Positions 1 to 10,099 of a stretch of DNA of 64,000 bases are shown piece by piece. Position 1 is the first letter of the stretch. Each line of letters starts with the position of its first letter. Where the stretch lies: NCBI GenBank assembly GCA_963810095.1, contig CAWEMM010000012.1:224001-288000 (forward strand), given 5' to 3'. The notes below the pieces were generated by a model. It had not been told where the DNA came from. It ran no database searches and saw nothing but the letters and a program-made list of their open reading frames with translations. Made by a program: the position numbers and the translations under genes. This DNA comes from an uncultured Chloroflexia bacterium (lineage in GTDB: Bacteria > Chloroflexota > Anaerolineae > CG2-30-64-16).

Positions 1-1075
1 GCGTTCGGCTTCCGCATCTTCAACCCGCTGTCCGCCGCACGGCAAGCTGTGTTCCAGCAACTGCCTGCGGCCGCGGTCGTCTTTGATGCCCGGGGCCGCG
101 TGCTCAGTCTTAACCCGGCCGCCGAAACGATCCTCGGCATCAGCGCAGCCAGCGCGCGCGGCAAGACCTGGCACGACTTGGTGCCCGCCGACGAGCTTCT
201 GGCCGAGCGGCTGGGTGCCAGCGAACCGTTCCTCAGGGACCCGGCCACCGCCGGCCAACCCGAGAGCCTGCCCGATCTCGCCCTCGGAGACGGCGCAGAC
301 GCCCGGGAATATGCCCGCGTGCTCTCGCCGCTCAGCGATTTCCGAGGGCTGGTCATAGGCTACCTGCTCGTGCTGCCCGACATGACCGACCTTCACCGGG
401 CACAGGCCCAAGCGCTCGAGCAGCAGCGTGTCAGGGCGATTCAGGACGAGCGCGAGCGGATGGCACGCGAGCTGCACGACAGCCTGGGGCAGGTGCTGAG
501 CTATACCAGCCTCCAGGCTGAGACGGCGGCGCAGCTCGCGCTCGGCGGGACAGGGTGAGGTCGCCGCGGGGCAGCTCGCCCGGCTGGGCGAGGTGGTGCG
601 GGAGGCGCACGCCGACCTGCGCGAGCAGATCCTCAACCTCGCCAGCACCGGCGCGCTCGAGCGTTCCCTCTTCACGGCCGCGCGGCAGTACCTCGACGGG
701 TTCACCCGGAGCCACGACATTCGCACGCGGCTGGCGGTGGAGCCGGGGCTGGACGACGCCACCTTCCCGCCGGCCGTGCGGCTGCAGCTGTTCCGCATCC
801 TGCAGGAGGCGCTCTCGAACGCTCGTAAGCACGGCCAGGCCCACCAGGTGCAGGTGAGCTTCACCGCCGGGGAGGGCCGGGTCTGCATGACCGTGGACGA
901 CGACGGCTGCGGGTTTGATGCGCAGCGGGTGGCGCGCGACCCCGGCGCGCATTTCGGCTTGCAGTTCATGGCCGACCGGGCCGAGGAATTGGGCGGCAGC
1001 CTGCAGGTGACCTCCGCGCCCGGACGCGGGACACGTGTGGCCGTGGAGATGCCACGGAGCAGGAGTTCAGCATGA
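1..1075 (+). CDS. PAS-domain sensor histidine kinase, NarX/HisKA_3 type (5' end outside window; frameshift near 555)
   Basis: PAS-like LNPAAETILG; H-box ERERMARELHDSLGQ; ILQEALSNARKH, DDDGCGFD, FGLQFMADRAEELGG and PGRGT in the next frame. Confidence 0.9.
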
Positions 1076-1796
1076 GGGTGCTCCTGGCCGACGATCACCG
1101 GCTGGTGGTCGAGGGGATCAGCAACTTGCTGGCGGTGAACGGCATCGAGGTCGTGGGCATCGCCAACGACGGCCTGGAGGCGGTCGCGCTAGCCGGAGCT
1201 GCAGCCCGACCTGATCCTGATGGACATCCGGATGCCGAGCTGCGACGGCCTGTCGGCCACCCGGCAGATCAAGGCCGTGCAGCCCGAGATGCAGATCGTC
1301 ATGCTGACCACGTCCGGCGAAAGCCAGGACCTGTTCGAGGCGGTGAAAAGCGGCGCGTGCGGGTACCTGCTCAAGACGATGGGGCGGGACGCGTTCATCG
1401 CCGCGCTCCAGGACGCGGAGCAGGGCATCCCGCCCTTCTCGCCGGGGCTGGCCAGCCAGTTGCTCGACGAATTTGCCCGGCTGGGCCGGGCGGCAGACGC
1501 CGCGCGTCCGGGAAAAGCCGGCGCCGGAGCCCCAGGTTCCTCGTGAGCCCACGGAGGAAGCAGCGCTCACCGAGCGTGCGCTCGCCGAGCGAGCGCTCAC
1601 CGAGCGTACGCTCACGGAGCGCCAAGCCGAGGTTCTGCGGCTCGTGGCCATAGGGCTGACCTACGACGAGGTCGGCGAACAGCTTGGCATCAGCGAGCGG
1701 ACGGTGCGCTACCAGATGACCAAGATCATGGACCGGCTGCACCTGTACAACCGAGCGCAGGTGCTCGCGTACGCCGGGAAACTCGGGCTCAAATAA
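1072..1796 (+). CDS. NarL/LuxR-family response regulator (two frameshifts)
   Basis: MRVLLADDH...MDIRMP...GYLLK receiver; LTERQAEVLRLVAIGLTYDEVGEQLGISERTV LuxR HTH; ATGA overlap with the kinase stop. Confidence 0.9.
1563..1622 (+). repeat. Four imperfect 15-bp in-frame tandem repeats encoding ALTER/ALAER/ALTER/TLTER
   Basis: gcgctcaccgagcgt gcgctcgccgagcga gcgctcaccgagcgt acgctcacggagcgc. Confidence 0.85.
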
Positions 1797-1908
1797 ACTC
1801 TTCTCCGTTTGTCCTCCGCAAGAACGACACTTGCGCCCCTCAAACTGGCGTGAGCGGCTGTCGCTAACGACATTCCCAGCGTCCCTCAAACGTGCTACTC
1901 TGCTCATC

Positions 1909-2247
1909 ATGGCAAAGACGCAGCGGGTCCTTGTCTGCGGCAGCAGCGTGGCTCTGGCCGGGATTGAAACCAGCCTGAGCCTGGAGCCCGGCTGTGTCGT
2001 CCTCAGTCACACCTTGCCCATCAGCCGCGAAGAACTGATTTGCCTCACCCCTGACGTAGTACTGTTCGACCTGGATGCCGTCCCACCCTCGTTCGTCTAC
2101 ACCGTTTCCAACGAATTGCCCGGCGCGCTCTTGATCGGGATCGACCTGGAAACGAACCGCGCGCTGCTGTGGACCGAGCACCACGCGGAAGGAATGTCCA
2201 GCCAGGACCTCGCACAAATCATTCGTCACCAAGGAGAATCATCGTGA
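1909..2247 (+). CDS. Stand-alone atypical receiver-like protein
   Basis: RVLV...LAGIETSL...PDVVLFDLD resembles a receiver fold; acidic pocket and conserved Lys not evident. Confidence 0.6.
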   Translation: MAKTQRVLVCGSSVALAGIETSLSLEPGCVVLSHTLPISREELICLTPDVVLFDLDAVPPSFVYTVSNELPGALLIGIDLETNRALLWTEHHAEGMSSQDLAQIIRHQGESS

Positions 2248-3842
2248 AATTCAACAACAGGTCTCTCGTCATCGTCTTTGTCGCGCTAACGGCGCTGCTG
2301 CTGCTCATTGGGACGGTGAGCGCAGGGTCCCCGGCGGCAAAAAGCAACGCCCCGGTGTCGGCTGCGATAACACCCATTCCCACCGTCGCCAAAACCAACC
2401 TGACGGACTATATCGGCTCGCCGGTGAAGGCGCACCCGTTGCCGGTGGCCCACGTGCCGCAGAATCCGTCCCTCGCGCCCAACCCGTTCAACTACGTGCA
2501 CAATGACTCATGGGCCAGCGACGTATACGATATCCCCGGCCCGCTTGGCCGGGCCCCGGTCGTCCAGTCGACGACGCTCGCCGAAGCGCGCCGGAACCCC
2601 TACGGGCCAGTCTTCGCCTGTTCGGGCGACGTGTTTGACAGCCAGGGCCGCCTGATCTTGTCGTGTACCGGGCCCGGAGAGTGGAGCCTGGTCATGGTCG
2701 ACCCGGACACGCTCGAAGTGCTGACCTACCTGTATTTGCCGGCCCCGGCAGACCAGGGCAGTAGCTGGTCCACAGCCTACCTCTACCTTGACAACAAGGA
2801 CCAGATAATCATGCCGGTGGTGGACGGCAACAAGGTCAAGATCCTGGTGGTGCGCACGGTCGAATCCGCGGGGAAGCCGCACTTCGAGTTCGTCGGCGAC
2901 GGGTACGACATCACGAGCTATGTCGCGCAGGGCGACAATATCAACGGGTTGCTGGCTGACTGGCAAGGCCGGATCTGGTTCGTCGTCCGGCAGGCGGCGA
3001 CCGTTGGGGTGCTGGATCCAGTGACAGTTCGGTCCAGACCCTGAAGCTCGAGGGTTCGATCACCAACGGCTTTTCCATGGACCGCGACGCCGCCTTTATA
3101 GACACGACAGCCATGATGTACCGGGTCGAGGCGGGTCTTAACGGCGCACCGCGCATCGTCTGGCATGCGGGGTATGAGAACGTCGGCTACAAGAAGCCCG
3201 GCCAGCTCTCCGCTGGCTCCGGCACGACGCCGACGATTCTTGGCAACGGCAAGTACGTCGCCATCACGGACAACGCCGACCAATTGCACGTGATAGTGTA
3301 TCGGACCGACGCCAAGGAGATGACGGAGAAGGAGCGCGTCGTCTGCGAGGTGCCGGTATTCGAACAGGGCGCCGGGGCGGACGAGAACTCCCTGATCGGC
3401 TCAGGCCTGTCGCTCATCGCCTACAACGCCTACGGCAACGACTTCGACAAACTGTTTGTGCCGCAAAGCCCGCCCCAGCCCCAGAAGAACGAGCCCGGCA
3501 TCGCGCGCGTCGACATCGATCCCAACGGCAAGGGCTGCACGAAGGTTTGGGAGAACGATAGCCTCACGGTGACCGACGAGACCCACAAGCTGTCTACGAA
3601 GACGGGCCTGATCTATGCCATCGGCCGGAAGTGGGACTCGAGTTTCAAGTATTCGAACGGCGATGAACTGGACGTCTACTACTTCACGGCAATCGACTTC
3701 CGCACGGGCATAGGTCGCCTGGGAAAAGCTGCTGGGTAACGGCTACAGCTACGATGGCTTCGAAAACGTGCTCATCGGCCCGAGACGCATCGGGTACATC
3801 TCGCAGTACGGCGGGCTGATCTCGATCAGGGATTCGAAGTAA
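2244..3842 (+). CDS. Secreted hypothetical protein, probable beta-propeller (paralogue 1; frameshifted)
   Basis: RBS aaggag, GTG start, signal peptide ending VSA; PQNP.LAPNPFNYVHND, DWQGRIWF, GSGTTPT motifs; ORFs 2169-3044 and 3077-3739 join. Confidence 0.75.
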
Positions 3843-3855
3843 GGAAGGTTTCACG

Positions 3856-5436
3856 ATGAAGCTCAGCAAACTCTCCGTCATCGTCTTTGTCGCACTGGCA
3901 GCGCTGGCCCTGCTCATGGGGACAGTGAGCGCGGACACGCCGTCCGGTTCCGGGGCGCCCGGCGTCACGCCGATCCCCAACGACGGCTCAACGGACCTGC
4001 CTGCCTACGTCGGCGCACCTTGGAAGGCCCACCCGCTGCCGCCGGCCCTGGCCCCGCAGAACCCGTACTTCGCGGCCAACCCGTTCAGCAACTATCACAA
4101 CGACACGTGGATGAGCGACACCTTCGACATCCCGGGGCCGCTCGGCCGCAACCCGGACATCTTCTCGTCCACCTTCGTCGAGGCGCGCACGAAGCCGGTC
4201 ACCTCGCCGGTGTTCATGTGCGGCACGGTCGCGTTCGACTCGCACGGCCGAATCGCGACGATCTGCCAGAGCTCGGAAGAAGGCGTGGTCATCCTGGCCG
4301 ACGCCGATTCGCTGGCCGTCCTCGCCTCGTTGGTCCTGCCGCCGCTGCCAGAATGTCGAGCAGCGGCTCGGGCGCGGGCTACATGATGCTGGACAACCAG
4401 GATCGCGTGTGGACGCCCCAAGGCAGCCACCTCGTCGCGGTCAGGGAGACCGGCGACGCGGCGCACCCAGGGCTAGCGCTGGACGCGGACTACGACCTGT
4501 CTGCGCTGGTCCCCCCAGGCGACACCATCGGCTCGGTCGTGCCTGACTGGCAGGGCCGCATGTGGTTCGTGGTGCGCGATGCTGGCGTCGCCGGCGTGCT
4601 CGACCCGAAGACGGGCGCGGCCCAGGGCCTGAAACTGGGGGTGGGGGAGCGCATCGCCAACTCGTTCGCAATAGACGGCGTGGATGCGTACGTCGTGACC
4701 ACTGGCAAGCTGTACCGCCTGACGGCAGGCGCGGACAACGTCCCGCGTGTCGTCTGGTCGGCCGGCTATCAAAAACGACTACCCGATCACCCCTAAGCCC
4801 GGGCAGATCTCGACCGGCTCGGGCACGACCCCAACCATCCTGGACCACGGCAAGTACGTCGCGATTGCAGACAACGCCACCCAAGCGCACATCGTCGTCT
4901 ACCGTACCGCCCAGCCGCTCGGCCGTAACCAGGACCGGGTGGTCTGTGAGCAGCCCGTGTTCCAGCCGGGCCTCGGCGTGATCGAGGACTCGCTGGTCGG
5001 CTCGGGCCGCTCGCTGATCGCGTCGAACAACTACGGCTACGTCTTCAACAAGACATACCCTGCCTGAGCCCGCCCACGCAGCCGGGCGTGGCCCGGGTCG
5101 ACGTCGATCCGAACGGCAAGGGCTGCACGAACGTGTGGACGAACTACGACGTCAACCCGGCGTCGTACGGGGCCAAGCTCTCCACTAAGACCGGCCTGGT
5201 CTTCCTCGTCAGCCGGAAGAGCGACATGACGAAGGTAGGACGCCAGGCACCCGTACGGGCTGGACGTCTGGTACTGGACGACCATCGACTTCCGGACGGG
5301 CCGGACCGTGTGGGAGAGGATGGCGGGGACCGGGCCCGGCTTCGACGGCTACTGGCCGCTGGGCTTCATCGGCCCGAACGGCGCCTTCTACGAGGGCGGC
5401 TATATGGGGGTCTTCGCGCTGCGCGACACCAACTGA
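3856..5436 (+). CDS. Secreted hypothetical protein, probable beta-propeller (paralogue 2; frameshifted)
   Basis: Collinear with the upstream gene: PQNPYFAANPFSNYHND, DWQGRMWF, GSGTTPT, ARVDVDPNGKGC, KLSTKTGL, IDFRTG. Confidence 0.75.
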
Positions 5437-5533
5437 GCCGCGGGGATCCGGCGCCGTATGGCAGACACGAACCCGGCGGCGGCCACGAAGAGCAATGTTC
5501 GCCGACGCATCGCCGGAAGAAAGGTGACTCCTA

Positions 5534-5989
5534 ATGCAAGCTCGTACATGTCTCGGTCTTCTCGTGGTGCTGTTCCTCGCATTGGCTTGTGCGCCCCTGC
5601 CACCTGCTGCAGCGCCCGTCTCGCAGACGTACACTAGCCCGGCCGGCTTCAGCATCCAGTACCCGTCGAGTTGGAAGCAGACTGAGCTTCCGCCGACCGC
5701 GACGGCCCAGGGCGCTCGCCTGGACGGCCCGGAAGGCACAGTGGAACTGTGGTGGGGGACAGGCTTCGGCGGCGCCTGCCCCGAGGGATTCTCCACAGTC
5801 AAGGTGGCGCAAGGGGAGCTGCCCGTGTGCCACATCGTCGGGGCTGACGGCATCAGCCACTGGGAACAGGTGAACAAGGAACTGGCGAAAACCTCGTTCA
5901 GCGGCCGGGCGTACACCAAGGACGCGACACAAGCGAGCGTGGACGCGGTGCTGGCAGTCCTCGCGACGCTGGCGTTTGATGCCCGATAG
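5534..5989 (+). CDS. Predicted lipoprotein, PsbP-like fold
   Basis: Lipobox-like LALAC; YTSPAGFSIQYPSSW motif; intact ORF. Confidence 0.65.
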   Translation: MQARTCLGLLVVLFLALACAPLPPAAAPVSQTYTSPAGFSIQYPSSWKQTELPPTATAQGARLDGPEGTVELWWGTGFGGACPEGFSTVKVAQGELPVCHIVGADGISHWEQVNKELAKTSFSGRAYTKDATQASVDAVLAVLATLAFDAR

Positions 5990-6033
5990 CAGGGCCGCGT
6001 TCCAGTTCAAGTAAGCAAACCAGGAGGAAAGCA

Positions 6034-7382
6034 ATGAAACTGCAATCGTTGGGCCGGCTGGCCCTGCTGCCGGCCGCGGTCCTCGGGCTGGCGCTTGTCG
6101 TGATGGTGGTGGCCGCACCCAGTGCGCATGCGCAGTCCGGCGGCTACCTCCAGGTGGCCGTGGGACTTTTCCACACTTGTGCGATTCAGATGGTGGATGA
6201 CAGCGGTGCCGGCCCCGTCCAGTGCTGGGGCGACAACGAGTTCAGGCAGGCGTCGCCCCCGAGCGGCGTGTTCAAGCAGATCACTGCCGGGGATTACCAC
6301 ACCTGCGGGATCAGGGCTGCCGATGACGTCGTGCAGTGCTGGGGATCCAACGTAAAGTTCGATTACTGCGACGTCGAGGGCGGCGGCGAGTGTTACTACG
6401 ACAAGCACATGGCAAGCGACCCCTCCTCCCGGGTTCACGGCTGAGCAGATCAGCGCCGGCGCGGATCACACGTGCGGCGTGGCCCTCGACGGCAGCGTTG
6501 TCTGCTGGGGGCTCAACTCACAAGGCGAAGCAGCAGCCAGTCGACCGGGCAACTATGTGGAGGTCACGGCGGGTGTAGACCACACCTGCGCTGGGCAAGG
6601 CAGATGGCGGCGTCGACTGCTGGGGCAACGACAAGTACAGCAAGACAACGCCGCCGGCCGGGGTTGGCCTTCAAGCAGATCACCGCCGGCGAGAACCACA
6701 CCTGCGGGATCAAGACCGACGGCAACGTCGGTGTGTTGGGGCGGCAACACCTGGGGGCAGGCGCCGGATTACCGGGCCGGACCGGACACCCAGATCAGCG
6801 CGGGCGACCTGTTCAACTGCGCGGTCCGGACGCAACGGCGCGTTGGACTGCTGGGGCTACAACTTCTACGGGCAGGTCAAGCAGGCGCCCCTCGGCGGGT
6901 TCACGCAGGTCGGCGCTGGCGGAGGTCATGCCTGCGCGATCAAGTCGGACGGGACCGTCGCCTGCTGGGGCCGGAATGATCACGGACAAGCCACCCCACC
7001 GATGCCCGGCGCGACCCCGGCGCCCTTCGCTTTCGCTGGCTTCTACCCGCCGCTGGCCCCGGCCACGGGCGAGATGCCGGCACTGAACGTGGTGAAGGCG
7101 GGCAGTACCGTGCCGCTGAAGTTCAGCCTGGGCGGGGACAAGGGCCTGGCAGTGATCGAGCCGGACTCCCCTGCGTCCGGGCCGCTGGACTGCAAGAGCA
7201 TGGATCCCGCCGAGACGCTGGCGCCCGCGAAATCGGCCGGGGGCGAGGGGCTGACCTACGATCCTGCGAGCGGCCAGTACACCTACGTGTGGAAGACGGA
7301 GAAGGCCTGGAAGGGCTGCCGCTACCTGTCGCTGCGGCTCGTCGACGGCACCGAGCACCGGGCCGCGTTCCAGTTCAAGTAG
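6034..7382 (+). CDS. Secreted RCC1-like repeat protein with C-terminal PxKF domain (frameshifted)
   Basis: Repeated QITAGxxHTCGI..DG.V.CWG; C-terminal FAGFYPP...VKAGSTVPLKFSLGG...QYTYVWKT; RBS aggagg. Confidence 0.85.
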
Positions 7383-7547
7383 CCGCGCGTCAAGGCTGGA
7401 GCCACGCCAGACAATCACGGTCGTCCAGCCGCTAACAGTTCCACGTGTGATATTTCGTAGCTTCTGCTACATTCACCAACAGCGCCCGGGAGTATGCTTC
7501 CGGGCGTTGCCGCGCTCGACGACCGAACGCGAGCTTGAGGAGCAGGA

Positions 7548-8060
7548 GTGGATCAGACATCATTCAATCATAGCGGCGCCGTGCGCGACATGGTCGAGGA
7601 CCTGGCGGGCGACCTGGACCCCACGGGCGTCGAAATCATGCGCCTCGTGCGCATGGTCTGCAACCTTTACGACGCCCGGGTGGACGACGCCTTGCGCTCG
7701 ACTGGACTTTCCGGGCCCCGCTGGGGGCTGCTCCTGCGCATGCTGGCCGAAGAGAAGCGGGGCGGCACGAGGGGCATGTCGCCCACCCATCTCAGCCGGT
7801 GCCAGAACGTTAGCAAAAACGCCATCAGCAGTCTCATTGGCGGGCTCGAAGAACAAGGTCTCGTCGAGCGTGAGCTGGACCAGGCCGACAAGCGGGTCTT
7901 CCGCATCCACCTGACCGATGCCGGGCGCCAGGCCGTGCAGGACACCGCGCCCGACCACGTCGCCTACCTCAACGCCCTCGCGGGCGACTTGGGGGACGAA
8001 GAACGCGGCCAACTGATTGGCCTGCTCGAAAAACTGTACGCATCGCTGACCAGGGCATAA
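7548..8060 (+). CDS. MarR-family transcriptional regulator
   Basis: LIGGLEEQGLVERELDQADKRVFRIHLTDAG winged HTH; RBS gaggag. Confidence 0.9.
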   Translation: MDQTSFNHSGAVRDMVEDLAGDLDPTGVEIMRLVRMVCNLYDARVDDALRSTGLSGPRWGLLLRMLAEEKRGGTRGMSPTHLSRCQNVSKNAISSLIGGLEEQGLVERELDQADKRVFRIHLTDAGRQAVQDTAPDHVAYLNALAGDLGDEERGQLIGLLEKLYASLTRA

Positions 8061-8116
8061 TCCTTCGCGCCTTCGCCAACCCCGAAGGGCTGTGAACTCA
8101 CAAGGAGGCACTTTCC

Positions 8117-10099
8117 TTGCAAACAACCAACACCATGTCGCGCCCCGCGGGACGGGGTCGTGGCGGGGGCGGCGGTCGCACCGGGCGGCCCGATATGAAG
8201 CAATTGAGCCGAGCGATCCGCTATCTGGGCCACTACCGCAAGATCACGCTGCTGGCCTACGCCGCGCTCGTCATCTCGACCCTGGCCCAGCTCGCGGTGC
8301 CCCAACTCGTCCAACGCATCCTCGACACGATCACCAACGGCCTGGTCGCCGAGCGGGTGAACCAGGCGCCGGCAGCCTTCCAGGCGCCTATCCTCAGCGC
8401 GCTCGGCTGGACTCAGGAGATGCTCACACAGTACGGGTCCGGTGCGGTCACGCTGCTGGTCAGCGCGGGGTTGCTCATCGTGCTCTTCGCCGTCACCCGC
8501 GCCTTTTTCGCTTTCGGCCAGGGCTACATGGGCGAGCGGGCATCGCAGAGCGTCGCGTTTGACATGCGCAACGACCTGTTCGCCAAGATCCACCGCCTGT
8601 CGTTTTCCTATCACGACCAGAACCAGACCGGCCAGCTGATGATCCGGGCGACGGACGACGTGGAAAAGGTGCGCCAGTTCATCGGGCAAGGCCTGCTGTT
8701 GGCCGTGCAGGCGTTCCTGCTGCTCACCGGTGCGCTGCTGATCCTCCTGCTCACCAACCCGAAGCTGATGCTCGTCATCCTGCCGGTGCTGCCGCTCGCG
8801 CTGCTCATCTTCATGGCGTTCGGCGCGCTCACCGTGCCGCTTTTCGGCGCACTCCAGCGGAAGCTTTCGACCCTTAACACCATCCTGCAGGAAAACCTGG
8901 CGGGTATCAGGGTAGTCAAGGCCTTCGCCCGGGAGCCCCAGCAGCAGAAGAAGTTTGCCGCTTCCGCCGACGACCTCATGTGGCAGCAGATCAGGGTGGC
9001 GCGTACGTTCTCGTTCATCTTCCCCCTGATCTTCCTGCTGGCCAACGCCGGCCAGGCGGCCATCCTCTACTTCGGCGGCCAGCAGATCATCAACGGCACG
9101 CTCACGTTCGGCGAGTGGCAGAAGTTCAGCCTCTACCTGGTCTACGTGTTCTTCCCGCTCGGCCAGCTCGGCCTGATCATCTCGCAGATGTCTCAAGCAT
9201 CGGCCTCGGCGAACCGCATCTTCGAGATCGTCGACGCCAAGAGCGAGGTCGAGGACAAGCCGGGCGCCCTGACCCTGCCTGCGGTACAGGGCAAGGTGAC
9301 ATTTGACCAGGTCACCTTCCGCTACTTCGGCAGCACGGAACCGGTGCTGAGCGATGTGACGTTCGAGGCCCAACCGGGGCAGACGGTGGCCCTGCTGGGC
9401 GCGACGGGCAGCGGCAAGTCGACCATCATCAACCTGATCCCCCGCTTCTACGACGTAAGCGGCGGGAAGATCACCATCGACGGGTTCGACCTGCGCGACG
9501 TCACCATCGAGTCGCTGCGCAGCCAGATCGGCATCGTGCTGCAGGAAACCACGCTCTTCTCGGGCACCATCCGTGATAACATCGCATTCGGAAAGACCAA
9601 CGCCAGCCAGGAAGAGATCGAAGCGGCTGCCCGGGCCGCAGCCGCACACGACTTCATCACCTCGTTCCCCCTGGGCTACGACACGCCGGTGGGCGAGCGC
9701 GGCACGACCCTGAGCGGCGGCCAGAAGCAGCGGGTGGCCATCGCCCGGGCCCTGCTGCTCAGCCCACGCATCCTGATCCTGGATGACTCGACCTCGGCGG
9801 TCGACTCGGTAACCGAGCACGAAATCCAGCAGGCGCTGGACAAGCTCATGCGGCCCGTCGACGGACCGCCCCGTACATCGTTCGTCATCGCGCAGCGCAT
9901 CAGCACGGTCCGGCGGGCCGACCAGATCCTCGTGCTCGACAAGGGCCGGATTGCCGCCCACGGGACACACGAGGAGCTGATCGAGGACAGCCCGCTCTAT
10001 GCAGAGATTTTCGCTTCACAGCTGGTGGACGACGCCGGGGCGACCGCTGCCGCGGCTGCCGCAGCAGCCGCAGTAGACGCCGGAAAGGAGATCGCCTAA
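8117..10099 (+). CDS. ABC exporter half-transporter (TMD+NBD), degenerate-site subunit
   Basis: GATGSGKST, LSGGQKQR; Walker B ILILDD (E to D) and H-switch IAQR (H to Q); RBS aaggagg, TTG start. Confidence 0.95.
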   Translation: MQTTNTMSRPAGRGRGGGGGRTGRPDMKQLSRAIRYLGHYRKITLLAYAALVISTLAQLAVPQLVQRILDTITNGLVAERVNQAPAAFQAPILSALGWTQEMLTQYGSGAVTLLVSAGLLIVLFAVTRAFFAFGQGYMGERASQSVAFDMRNDLFAKIHRLSFSYHDQNQTGQLMIRATDDVEKVRQFIGQGLLLAVQAFLLLTGALLILLLTNPKLMLVILPVLPLALLIFMAFGALTVPLFGALQRKLSTLNTILQENLAGIRVVKAFAREPQQQKKFAASADDLMWQQIRVARTFSFIFPLIFLLANAGQAAILYFGGQQIINGTLTFGEWQKFSLYLVYVFFPLGQLGLIISQMSQASASANRIFEIVDAKSEVEDKPGALTLPAVQGKVTFDQVTFRYFGSTEPVLSDVTFEAQPGQTVALLGATGSGKSTIINLIPRFYDVSGGKITIDGFDLRDVTIESLRSQIGIVLQETTLFSGTIRDNIAFGKTNASQEEIEAAARAAAAHDFITSFPLGYDTPVGERGTTLSGGQKQRVAIARALLLSPRILILDDSTSAVDSVTEHEIQQALDKLMRPVDGPPRTSFVIAQRISTVRRADQILVLDKGRIAAHGTHEELIEDSPLYAEIFASQLVDDAGATAAAAAAAAAVDAGKEIA

